From Eledone cirrhosa (Eukaryota), in the NCBI GenBank assembly GCA_964016885.1, contig OZ024746.1, positions 23,064,001-23,128,000 on the forward strand: a stretch of DNA of 64,000 nucleotides, in the 5' to 3' direction. This document shows, piece by piece, positions 43,900-54,905 of this stretch (its first letter is position 1; the number at the start of each line of letters is the position of its first letter). The position numbers and the translations under genes are program-made. The notes below the pieces were generated by a model. That model did no database searches. It worked only from the letters and a program-made list of their open reading frames with translations, and was not told the DNA's origin.

Positions 43900-44098
43900 A
43901 TAGAAGCTTTCGCTGTATTTTTGACTGAAGAAACTTTACCCTGATATTGGGGTTTAGAAACCTCTAAGAAATGGAAAAAGATGAGTGTAGAGGGTTCTAA
44001 ACCCCAATGAGGCTAAATTTTCTTTAGTCAAAAATACGGCGAAAGCTTCTATTTTTAATTTCAAACTCGCTCGCTGCTTCAAAACAAACTTACTTGAT
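43900..44098 (+). mobile_element. Family D fold-back PLE-like end
   Basis: Inverted arms ~43900-43965 and ~43988-44051; ATGAGGCT...GAAAGCTTC resembles a decayed hammerhead with palindromic AAGCTT stem III. Confidence 0.55.
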
Positions 44099-44351
44099 AT
44101 ATAGATACAGTCGCGGACTGGGGCTAAAAATATTGGTTGCCAGGAGATGAAGGGGGCCCACCTACATATAGAATGTTATCATTTAATTTTTATAATGAAT
44201 AAATAACATTTTCAAAAAATACATAAGTAGAAACAAAACAGTGCAACTAAAATTTTTGCGGAAAAATATCTTACCTTCTCCAATAAAAAAAATATGTATT
44301 TTGTGAAATCCAGAGACTTTCAATAATGACCAGAAGTAGACCCTGAATAAT

Positions 44352-44737
44352 AATAACTCTAGGAACGCCTTGAACGACACCACATCGTTTTAACTTTTAT
44401 TTTGAAACTAGGTTTATAATTATCAATTTTCATTATACTTTTGTAGCTGTCTCGGTGGCCTACTTGGACGGTGGTAATCCTGGTCTGAATTTCAATACTG
44501 GTCGGGCGTAGGGTTCCCGGTAGACCTTTTCAGTTTTTTCTATTGGTTTTAAAATAAAAACTGAAAAAAGGTTACCAGGATTGAACCTAAGGACAGGATC
44601 TTCACCGGTTCTAGTACTTACCGCTAGACCACAGAGACAACTACGAAAAGTTTTATGAAAATATATACATATAAACCTACTTTCAAATTTTCAAACCAAA
44701 GTGTTGTGGTGTCGTTCATGTCTTTCTTAATGTTATT
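44352..44737. mobile_element. Palindromic MITE/foldback element with tRNA-like arms
   Basis: TGAACGACACCACA (44371) / TGTGGTGTCGTTCA (44705) plus further matching blocks; minus arm has GTGGTCTAGCGG and GGTTCAATCC boxes. Confidence 0.7.
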
Positions 44738-45030
44738 GCTCCATTGAACGGTTGGGCCCTAGCCAAGATATCCCATGTTAGTGAGTGTTCAATGTTGGTT
44801 AATTTAAGGTTTTTAATGAGCCTAGCTAGAGATGTCGAACATCTGTTGTTAGGGTCTCGGAAGGAAAAAGAGTGTGCGTTATAGCGTACCTTAAAAGGGT
44901 TAGAGCCGATATAGGAGCTGGTATGCGAAGCAGTTTTAACTGTGCACCTATAAACTATATTGGGTGTCAGGCAATGTCCATTTAGTGGTCATGCATTAGG
45001 GTAACGGCAGTTGCAGTTACTTCTGCGGTT
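44738..45030 (-). pseudogene. Penelope-like element GIY-YIG endonuclease fragment
   Basis: Manual translation NCNCRYPNA*PLNGHCLTPNIVYRCTVKTASHTSSYIGSNPFKVRYNAHSFSF...STSLARLIKNLK...LTWDILARAQPF; Cys-rich linker plus IVY...YIG. Confidence 0.9.
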
Positions 45031-45239
45031 AGTGAGAGTAGGTTATTTAAACTAAGCGGTTGGTCAGTGCTAGAAGGATTAGATGGGGGAGGTGTGCTAC
45101 TAGAGTAAGTATTGGTGTAGTGGCGTGGTGTATTTGATGGGGGTGGTGATACCGCGGTGTGGGAGTTATACTGTCTTAGTTTATGATGGTTACTGAATGC
45201 GATGTGGCTAGCAGTAACAGCACCTATACAGGGAACCTT

Positions 45240-45910
45240 ATAGTTTATATAAGATTGGTATTTCTCATTACTACCCTTATCCCAAAATTTTATTTTCCTT
45301 CGTTTTTAACAACATTCTTTAATAACATCTAATTCTTATTTATCACATCCATATGAATTAATATAAATTTATCCCTATAAGTATACCTATCAATTAATTT
45401 AATTTCTTGTTATAGATCTAGATTCCTTCTGGTTTAAATAAGATTGGTATTTCTCACTAATACCCTTACCCTAAAATTTTACTTTCCTTCGTTTTTAACA
45501 TTATTCTTTAATAACATCAAATTTGCGTGTACCCTTCACCGGCTTGACCTCCTTTCATCCCCAAAGTATTCTTTTCATTCAAAGTATTCTTTCCATTCAA
45601 AACATAAGTCTGCACTCCTCTACCCCTAAATTAAATTTCTACTACTACTATTCTATCAACTTGACCTCTAACTACTTTTCTATTAGTCAATTCAAAACCT
45701 GTTCCCAAACAGACCTATTATATTAAATCTTTGTTGGGTTTTTTTTTCAATAAACAAATCTCATCATTTCTGAAGACAGCATGTATATGTGAAGGTATGT
45801 ATATTTCCTCTGATAGTTTGTAATATTTTTACATAGATCTATATGATATACATACCAACACACATATATATCCTAGAAACGATCGTAAAATGCTGAATTT
45901 TTTAATATAA
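45240..45910 (+). mobile_element. PLE 3' region/pseudo-LTR, inverted relative to the GIY-YIG fragment
   Basis: Internal ~85-bp direct duplication (~45249 and ~45438); ends with the hammerhead at 45765-45892. Confidence 0.6.
45765..45892 (+). ncRNA. Putative type I hammerhead ribozyme with long stem II insertion
   Basis: CATTT-CTGAAGA-(~100 nt)-GAAA-CGATCG-TA-AAATG; perfect 5-bp stem I, palindromic stem III, GUA site; base of stem II is imperfect. Confidence 0.6.
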
Positions 45911-45918
45911 GGAACTTG

Positions 45919-46040
45919 TTCGAAACGGCCTGAGCTCTGCCGTCGGGGTCATACTTGTTCCTATTACCCACTCTACTACCCTAAGTATTGAGTACTTTGG
46001 TGCGTTATGGTCCATCTGGTTCCTTACCACATTTCCTTCG

Positions 46041-46043
<3 letters not shown>
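45919..46043 (+). mobile_element. Family A element, 5'-truncated, no inversion
   Basis: TCGAAACGGCCTGAGCTCTGCCGTCGGGGTC plus full tail to (TA)n. Confidence 0.75.
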
Positions 46044-46105
<62 letters not shown>

Positions 46106-46106
46106 C

Positions 46107-46153
<47 letters not shown>

Positions 46154-46222
46154 TATATATATATATATACATATATATATACATATATATATATACATAT
46201 ATATATACATATATATATATAC

Positions 46223-46287
<65 letters not shown>

Positions 46288-46288
46288 C

Positions 46289-46351
<63 letters not shown>

Positions 46352-46352
46352 C

Positions 46353-46383
<31 letters not shown>

Positions 46384-46425
46384 CATATATACATATATAT
46401 ATACATATATTTATATATATTTATA

Positions 46426-46494
<69 letters not shown>

Positions 46495-46626
46495 TTATAT
46501 GTAGGAGGTGAGTTTTATTGTAGTACAATAAAGCAATGCAGATATCGGATAAGAAGCACTCTACAGTTTGTGGGACTGGAGTATGCATAATATAAGATCA
46601 AAAGATGGTTAAAGGAGTTCCATATA

Positions 46627-46693
46627 TTTTATTATGCGCATTTCAAAAACAAACATCATCAAACAATAATATTTGCGTTTTCATCAGATAAAA
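46627..46693 (-). ncRNA. Minimal type I hammerhead ribozyme
   Basis: Reverse complement of 46802-46868; catalytic core intact. Confidence 0.8.
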
Positions 46694-46801
46694 CAGGAGA
46701 ACATGATATGAAGGCTAAAAAACACTTGTTGATAGTGCATATGTTGATTTAAAACTGCACTATCAACAAGTGTTTTTTAGCCTTCATATCATGTTCTCCT
46801 G

Positions 46802-46868
46802 TTTTATCTGATGAAAACGCAAATATTATTGTTTGATAATGTTTGTTTTTGAAATGCGCATAATAAAA
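46802..46868 (+). ncRNA. Minimal type I hammerhead ribozyme
   Basis: TTTTAT-CTGATGA-AAACGCAAATATTAT(tgtttg)ATAATGTTTGTTTTT-GAAA-TGCGCA-TA-ATAAAA; 6-bp stem I, long stem II, palindromic TGCGCA stem III, AUA site. Confidence 0.8.
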
Positions 46869-46935
46869 TATATGGAACTCCTTTAACCATCTTTTGATCT
46901 TATATTATATATTTATATATATATATATTTATATA

Positions 46936-46966
<31 letters not shown>

Positions 46967-46967
46967 T

Positions 46968-47039
<72 letters not shown>

Positions 47040-47053
47040 CATATATATATATT

Positions 47054-47110
<57 letters not shown>

Positions 47111-47111
47111 T

Positions 47112-47180
<69 letters not shown>

Positions 47181-47181
47181 T

Positions 47182-47238
<57 letters not shown>

Positions 47239-47239
47239 T

Positions 47240-47274
<35 letters not shown>

Positions 47275-47279
<5 letters not shown>

Positions 47280-47920
47280 TTTGAGAATAAACTCTCAGTC
47301 ATTTACAATAATTAAGCTCCAGGAAGGCTCTCTTCAGAGCAGTTAATACATTTAAAGTGTACGATAAACACGAAATGTGTTTACATTGCAACAGACAAAG
47401 TTAGCTATTAATGAAATAAACTAATAAAAGTGAATACAATTTGTCTGTCTCGATATAAGTCATTGTACGAGCTGATCCTTAATCCTGCATAAGCGGCTGT
47501 TATTTCTAGCACCGTGAATGTGGGATAGCTAGTTCTGGCCTGCCTACCCACGTGTAGTCAGTCTTGCAAAATTTTTGATGTGTGATATACTAATCTTACT
47601 GGATTCCTGTTGATAAGCACAGAAGATATGGGTATTTCACTCTTTTATTTCTATCCCATTTCGATTCTCTTTATTTTTCAATTCACATTCCACCGTTGCG
47701 AAACTTATTTGGGTTTCGAGGTTCAAATTCGTCTACAGAACAGGTTTGAATTTTGAAATTTAAATATGTCCAGGAATCATGGCTGTTGCCAATATAATAT
47801 TGTCTTTATTGACTTATATCGAGACAGACAAATTGTATTCACTTTTATTAGTTTATTTCATTAATAGCTAACTTTGTCTGTTGCAATGTAAACACATTTC
47901 GTGTTTATCGTACACTTTAA

Positions 47921-47925
<5 letters not shown>
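47275..47925 (-). mobile_element. PLE 3' fragment with ~115-bp inverted duplication
   Basis: 47347-47462 is the reverse complement of ~47810-47925; minus strand has an ISKFKPVL*-like ORF end and a decayed CTGAAGA-GAG...CTC-AAAA hammerhead. Confidence 0.6.
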
Positions 47926-47965
<40 letters not shown>

Positions 47966-47966
<1 letters not shown>

Positions 47967-48395
47967 GGTGGCTGCCAACTCGTTTTCGAGTACGGCCACT
48001 ACTTTATATCCATGTAGGAGAACCCCTAGGGATGCGCTGAACGAGTGTGACTTTTTAGTCCAGCCAGCGATTTGAAAACTCTGGTACAAACACTACACTT
48101 TTGACAATTATTGACTCATAGTGCTGGGCCCATGGTACCATCTGACGGCAAGTGCAGAGAGATCTCCAGATATAAAGCAATGCCTGTGCCGTGAAGCTTT
48201 TATAGTGAGCAAAGGCACTGCACAAAGCCAGTCCCACTCTCTTAACCAAGATGATATGTACCAAAAAGAAGAACAAGTCAACATCATTGGATACCATCAG
48301 GGTTGCAGGTGTTATATCAGAGTTTTCCTTCTCCTAGAATTCTGCTTTGACAAAGGCTAAGGAGTCATCTCTCCCGGTGATTTTGGATGGCCATT
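47966..48395. repeat. Unclassified dispersed repeat; second diverged copy at ~49102-49385
   Basis: Shared blocks GCCTGTGC..GAAGCTTTT, TCCCACTCTC, CCAAAAAGAA, TATATCAGAG; both start right after (TA)n. Confidence 0.55.
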
Positions 48396-48426
48396 GACTC
48401 TTATGTATATATATATACATATATAT

Positions 48427-48497
<71 letters not shown>

Positions 48498-48559
48498 CAT
48501 ATATATATATATATATATAGTAATAATAATAAATTTGAAGACTAAAATCTGTTATTTTA

Positions 48560-48644
<85 letters not shown>

Positions 48645-48651
<7 letters not shown>

Positions 48652-48998
48652 AGATCAAAAGATGGTTAAAAGAGTTCCATGTATTTTATTATGCGCATTT
48701 CAAAAACAAATATCATCATGCAATAACATTTGTGTTTTCATCAGATAAAATAGGAAGACATGATATGAAGGTTAAAATACACTTGTGAATAGTGCAGTTT
48801 TAAATCAACATATGAAAACACAAATGTTATTGCATGATGATATTTGTTTTTGAAATGCGAATAATAAAATACATGGAACTCTTTTAACCATCTTTTGTTC
48901 TTATATATTATGTATACTCCAGTCCTACAAACTGTAGAGTGCTTCTTATCCGATATCTGCATTGCTTTATTGTACTACAATAAAACTCACCTCCTACA
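48645..48998. mobile_element. PLE end (family E), second insertion: inverted pseudo-LTR plus tailed copy on plus strand
   Basis: Minus arm 48645-48812; plus arm 48812-48998 with AATAAA at 48979; homologous to 46500-46907. Confidence 0.85.
48683..48751 (-). ncRNA. Minimal type I hammerhead ribozyme
   Basis: ATTTTAT-CTGATGA-AAACACAAATGTTATTGCATGATGATATTTGTTTTT-GAAA-TGCGCA-TA-ATAAAAT. Confidence 0.8.
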
Positions 48999-49020
48999 TA
49001 TATATATATATGTATACATA

Positions 49021-49103
<83 letters not shown>

Positions 49104-49874
49104 GGCTGCATCTCCATTTCGAGTAATGCCATCGCTTCATACTTTAGCACGAACATCACAGACGTGGCTTTCTAGTCCTGCTAGGGACTTGCCTATGCAT
49201 CGCAAAACATTTTACATATGAAGTGCTGCCTGTGCTTGAAGCTTTTTTTAAGTGAGGAAAGGCTTTGTACGAGGCTAATCCCACTCTCTGAACATCGAAT
49301 GGATTTGCCCAAAAAGAAAAACTGTTCTACATCTTTGGATGCAGATGAAGTCGCAGCTTTTATATCAGAGGACTAGAAGTCTCTCGCTCCACACAAAAAA
49401 AATTATATGTATATACATATACACACACGACTGGCTTTCAAGCAATTTCCTTCAACCAAATACTACTCACAGCATTGATCAACATAAAGCTACAGTAAAT
49501 TACACTTTTCCAATATACAATGCAGTGGAATTGAACCCGAAACCCCGTGGTTGCAAACGAACTCCTTAACCACACAGTCATGACTGCCCCAATATTTTTC
49601 ATTATCTTTGTTTCTTTCTCTTGAAAACCAGTATCATCTCTTAAGCAAATATATCAAAATATATATTTCATTTTCTATGATTATATACTGTATTATATTA
49701 TATATGATATACTATATTATATCATATATTTTATATTCCCATTGATGAAATGCCAGGCAATATATAAAGATTGCTGCGGTTGCTATTTAGACAATAAAAG
49801 ATTTACAAACAGTCTGTAAACTATTTGACAAACTGTCAGACAACTCGAGAATGTATACAATGTATTGTGATGTT

Positions 49875-50105
49875 TGTTGTGTGATGTAGTTTTAGCTATG
49901 TCTGCTCTGATGTGATGTTTTAAGTATGTCTCCTCTGTCGTGTACTTTCGAGGTGCATCTTCTCTGTGGTTTAGTTTGAAGTAGGTCTGCTGATTGATGT
50001 ATTTTTAATTATGGCTACAGTGTGGTTCTGTTTTAAGTAGTTCTGATGTGTGGAGTAATTTTAAGTATGTCTTCTGTGTGGTTTAGTTTTAACTATATCT
50101 TCTCT
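49875..50105. repeat. Degenerate ~26-29-bp minisatellite, left half (continues at 53890-54105)
   Basis: GTGGTGTAGTTTTAAGTATGTCTTCTCT-like units on both sides of the RTE insertion. Confidence 0.8.
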
Positions 50106-53100
50106 TCAAAGGGTAGAAGAACTGATAAGAGTCAACGGCCTTCCAAAAATGTGTAAATATGTATATATACATGTACATATATATGTGTATGTATATACGT
50201 GTGCATATGCCTGGGGTGTCAGGGAGGGGCATGTACCTCTGTAGGGGGTGGGGGCTAGCCATGCCCTTTTCAGGACAGCTCGTCCTGCATTGGATCCCAC
50301 CTGACACTCAGCTCTCACCTGTGGCCCCAAGAAGCTGTAGCATGCGACAGCGGCCACACCCTGGTAAACCGCCTTGGCTGGCGGGCCGAACCAGATTGAG
50401 GGTATCCGGACGGGTCTGAAACCTCCTGGTGAGTTAGATAGGGGATGCCTTCCCCTGCATGCGAAGACTGGACCCGGCGGAGTGAGTGGAGGAGGACAAC
50501 ATCGTCCCAACTGTCACAAAGGCGGCGACAGCAAGCGGTGTGGAGCGCTAGGGCACGGCAAGGCACTACAGACGTCGTGGCCATCCACTGCAGCCAAGGA
50601 AGTCCCTGGTCGTGACGGTCCTCTGTACCACCGGATTCTGGCTTCTGCGGCCGAGTGAGTGGGACCGTCACTTGCACTGGCCCTCCCACTATAAACCTTT
50701 CCCGCACAGGTTTCTTCTTTAGCGTGCACTCCCAAAGCCCTGCGGCGATAGGCAAGAGGCGGAGGTAACAGGTGGAGGTAACCTCTGGGAGTTGCCAGTC
50801 TCAAACTCACACGTGGGCGGCCTGGATGCGCAAGTCGTTCTCCTCCTGACCCTGGGATGACAGAGGAGATCAGGCATTCCACCGGGGGACTGAGCAGCCC
50901 TTTTCAGGGGAGCACTGCTCACCCTCGCACGAGGAGAGGGGCGATAAAAGCAGCCCTGACCAAATGCTCGTCCCACATAAAGCTAGCCAGTCTACCGCGG
51001 CTAGCGGTTTTACCCTTGCAAGCGGTCGAAACCAACATAATAGAAAGAAGAACTTGATTCTTGACGCATGGAATATGCGCACCCTCATGGATAGGGAAAC
51101 CTCCTTGAGGCCAGAGAGAAGAACTGCCCTCATAGCAAGCGAATTAGCTCGCTACCGGATCTACATAGCCGCCCTCAGCGAGACTAGACTTGCCGAAGAA
51201 GGATCAGTAGCAGAGCCGAAAGGAGGCTACAGCTTCTTCTGGAAGGACAATGCAAATGACGAGGACAGAATCCACGGGGTAGGCCTGGCCATCAGGACTT
51301 CACTCTGCAAGCAGCTACCAGACCTCCCAACACCTGCGAGTGAGCGGCTGATGAAGCTCCGCTTCCCCTCGACCCATCTCGGCATGTCATAGTCACCAGC
51401 AGCGATGAAGCAAAGGACACTTTCTACGAGGAACTCAACGCACTCATCCCCCAAGCGATAAACTCATCCTACTGGGAGACTTCAGCGCAAGAGTCGGGTC
51501 TGACAGCAGCAACTGGAGAGGCGTGCTGGGACCTCATGGCACAGGGAAGCTGAACTCTAACGGCCTCATACTGTTGAGTTTCTGCGCCGAGAACGACCTC
51601 ACCATCACCAGCACACTGTTCCGCCAGGCAGACAAGTTCAAGACGACATGGATGCACCCCAGATCCAAACAATGGCATCTGATTGACGTTGCCATATGCC
51701 ACAGGAGGGACATATGTGACGTCAGAATCACCAGGGCCATGCGTGGTGCAGAGTGTTGGACCCACCATCGCCTTGTCAGGATCATCCTGTCACTGCACAT
51801 CACCCCGACGTATCGCAAGACTCCGAAAGTCTGTAGGCCAGCTTTCGACGTCGCACGACTCAAGCAGCCAGAGCATCGTGATGCATTCGCGGAAGACCTG
51901 GAGGGCCGGATGACTGCCCATGGACCACTGACCGGATCCCCAACTCAACAGTGGGACCACTTCAGGTCGCTGGTGACAGAGTCAGCCAAGGCAACCATCG
52001 GGCCGAGGAAGAGAATCCACCAGGACTGGTTTGATGAAAACAATGAGCGCATCAGACAACTCCTGGACGAGAAGAGGAGGGCTTTCATTGAGTGGCAGAA
52101 TGACAACTCCTCCACCTCGAAGCGCGACCGCTTCAAGCACCTCCAGAGTCAGACCCAAGCAGTGCTACGCAGAATGCAGGACAAGTGGTGGGAAAAGAAG
52201 GCCGAAGAAGTCGAGATATACGCTGACACAAAGAACTCCAAGATGTTCTTCAGCGCCATCGGGGATGTCTACGGACCCTCCAAGCCTGTCACCACACTGC
52301 TGCTGTCTACTGACGGCTCGATCCTGCTGAAGGAGAAGAGCAGCATCAACTAGAGGTGGAGAGAGAGCACTTCAGCAACCTGCTCAACAGGCCCTCCACT
52401 GTCGACCCTTCCGCCCTCGACCAGGTCCCACAGAAGCCCGTAGTCGGCATCCTCGCCGCAGCACGATCGACATGATCTTCTCTGTACACCAGGTACAGGA
52501 GAAGTGTGTTGAGCAGAACATGGACCTCTTTGCCATCTTCATGGACTTGACGAAGGCATTCGACACTGTCAACAGGGAACCCCTCTGGTCGATCCTGTTG
52601 AAGTTTGGATGCCCGACAAAGTTTGTGAACCTGATACGGCAATTCCATGACGACATGACCGAGCAGGTGCGCTCGGGCGGAGAAGCATCAGAGCCATTCG
52701 GAATCACCAACGGCGTCAAGCAAAGATGCGTGCTGGCTCCCGTCTTCTTCAACCTGCGTGCTCAGTAATGCCGTCAGGGACCTCGAGCACGGAGTGTATC
52801 TGCGATACAGACTGGACGGCTCCCTGTTTGACCTGCGGCGCCTGACGGCCAAGACAAGGACCATGCAGAGGATCGTCCTGGAGGCACGTTTTGCTGACGA
52901 CTGTGCCCTCATGGCCCACAGGGAGTCTGACCTCCAACTCATCGTCAACAAGTTCGCGGAGGCCTCCTGCCTCTTCGGTCTCACAATTAACTTTGGAAAG
53001 ACTGAGGTCCTATTCCAGCCTGGACCTGCCTCCGTCGCCCACCCTCCTTCCATCTCCATCTGAGGCACCCAATTAAAGACGGTGAACGACTTCAAGTATC

Positions 53101-53889
53101 TCGGCAGTGTCATCAGCAGCGATGGAAGCCTCGACAAGGAGATAAACGCCAGAATCTGCAAGGCCAGTCAAGCCTTCGGCCGCCTAAGGACACGCGTCCT
53201 GAACCAGCACATCAGGCAGTCCACCAAGCTCAAGGTGTACAGGGATGTTGTTCTCACCAGCCTGCTCTACGGATGTGATACATGGACCCTGTACAGAAGG
53301 CACCTGAAGCAGCTGGAACGGTTCCACATGCGCAGCCTGCGGTCAATCATGAACATCAAATGGCAGGACAAGGTCTCCAACATCGAAGTTCTTGACATGG
53401 CTGAGACAACCAGTGTCGAAGCTATGGTACTGAAGGGCCAACTTCGATGGGTGGGACATATCATCCGGATGGACGTTCACGGGCTTCCGAAGCAACTGAT
53501 GTATGGGGAACTCTGTTCGGCGAAACGAAAGCGGGACAGGCCTCACAAGAGGTTCAAAGACTGCATGAAGTCCAGTATCAACAACACTGGAATCGCGCCA
53601 AAACAACTCGAGTCTCATGCTCAGGACAGGACTGAGTGGTGAGCCCTTACCAGACGCGCCAAAGACTCTTTTGAAGAGAAGAGATGGCAGAGGTCACTGA
53701 GGCCCGTGAAAGGAGGAGAAAGGCGTCAACAGCTGCCCCAAGCGACTGTGGTCTCTTCCCCTGCCCCCACTGTCCCCGGACCTGCAAGTCAAGGATCGGC
53801 CTCCACAGCCACCTTCGTGCCCATGGCAGACGGGAACTAAAGTAAAGAAGATGTCATCATCGTTTACGATGGACAACCAAGAAGAAGAA
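50106..53889 (+). mobile_element. Near full-length RTE-clade (BovB-like) LINE with 11-bp TSD
   Basis: TSD ATATCTTCTCT at 50095-50105 and 53890-53900; GC-rich 5' UTR; EN, RT and C2H2 finger motifs; 3' (AAG)n tail. Confidence 0.95.
50964..53845 (+). pseudogene. RTE ORF (AP endonuclease, reverse transcriptase, C-terminal zinc finger), disrupted
   Basis: WNMRTL, AALSETR, LGDFSAR, DLTKAFDTVNR, GVKQRCVLAP, FADD, FKYLGS and CPHCPRTCKSRIGLHSHLRAH; stops at ~52351, 53061 and 53640, frameshifts and an internal deletion at ~52448. Confidence 0.95.
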
Positions 53890-54379
53890 ATATCTTCTCT
53901 GTGGTGTAGTTTTAAATATGATTACAGTGTAGTGTATGGCTACAGTGCCGTATAGTTTTAACTATGTCGGCCCTATGGTGTAGTTTTAAGAATGGCTACA
54001 GTGTGGTGTAGTTTTATCAAGGTTGACTGTGGTGTGGTGTTAGCAATGTCTTCTCTGTGGTGTAGTTTTAAGTGTGGCTACGGTGTGGTGTAGTTTTAAC
54101 AAGGTTTGTTTCTTGTATCGTCAAGTTATTATAGTCATAGGTAATATATTTCCTTTTAAAAGTTTTCTTGATCTAATTTTACTTTAATGCCAATGGTGGA
54201 ATTGCTTCTACAGTTAACGTTGAAATTATATATCTTATAAAATATTAAATAGGTTACAGGGAATATAAAAATACGTTTTACATATATTAGCGATAGCACT
54301 AGCAGAGTGTGATTCACAATAAAGGCGTATATAGACCCATATATAATGCCTATGTATGATATTTATATATAACTACTTC

Positions 54380-54905
54380 TTCACACAATTATTCCTAGGA
54401 GGGTCAAGGGGAGGACAGAGTGCTCAAACACTCCCTCCAGTGGGTCCTGTCAGAAGCAACCATCTCCAACTGATCCGGCTGGATCCCCAAGCGAGACCAG
54501 CCAAGCGCATGTATGTTATCCAACTATCTTGCTTGAGGTATACCCCTGGGTCTCCTGTCGGTTGGTTTTACCCGTAAAATCTGTCCAGTGATGTGATTCT
54601 TTCCTGAGACATTCTACCCACATGCCCATAGTGCCGGAGCTGTGATCTCTCAATTCGGAGTAGTGGTTCTATCTGGAGTAACTCTCTGGTCTCTTTCCGA
54701 GCTACACACTTTATTTAGTAACGTTACTCCAAAGACTCTACGGAGAAACCCCATTTCGGCCGCTTGTATTCGGCATCGTATTCTTTCGGTCGTTACCCAA
54801 GATTCATTACCATAGGTAAAAGTTGGCACGAATACCGAACTGAAGATAGCGAGTTTGGCTTTTACACCTACCTTCCTTTTTCTGATTACCGAATGCTGAA
54901 GCTGG
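54380..54905 (-). pseudogene. RTE-clade (Expander/Rex3-like) LINE 3' fragment
   Basis: Minus strand KAKLAIF..VFVPTFTYGNESWVTTERIRCRIQAAEMGFLRRV...IERSQLRHYGHVGRM. Confidence 0.85.

Larger units (their letters stand above)
46500..46907. mobile_element. PLE end (family E): tailed copy on minus strand plus inverted pseudo-LTR
   Basis: 152-bp arms 46588-46739 and 46756-46907 (one mismatch seen), 16-nt spacer; tail 46500-46587 with AATAAA on the minus strand; (TA)n on both sides. Confidence 0.85.

Noticed and set aside
50089-51133. GC-rich overlapping ORFs as a host gene or CpG island
   Set aside because: They lie inside the TSD-bounded RTE element (5' UTR and antisense frames).
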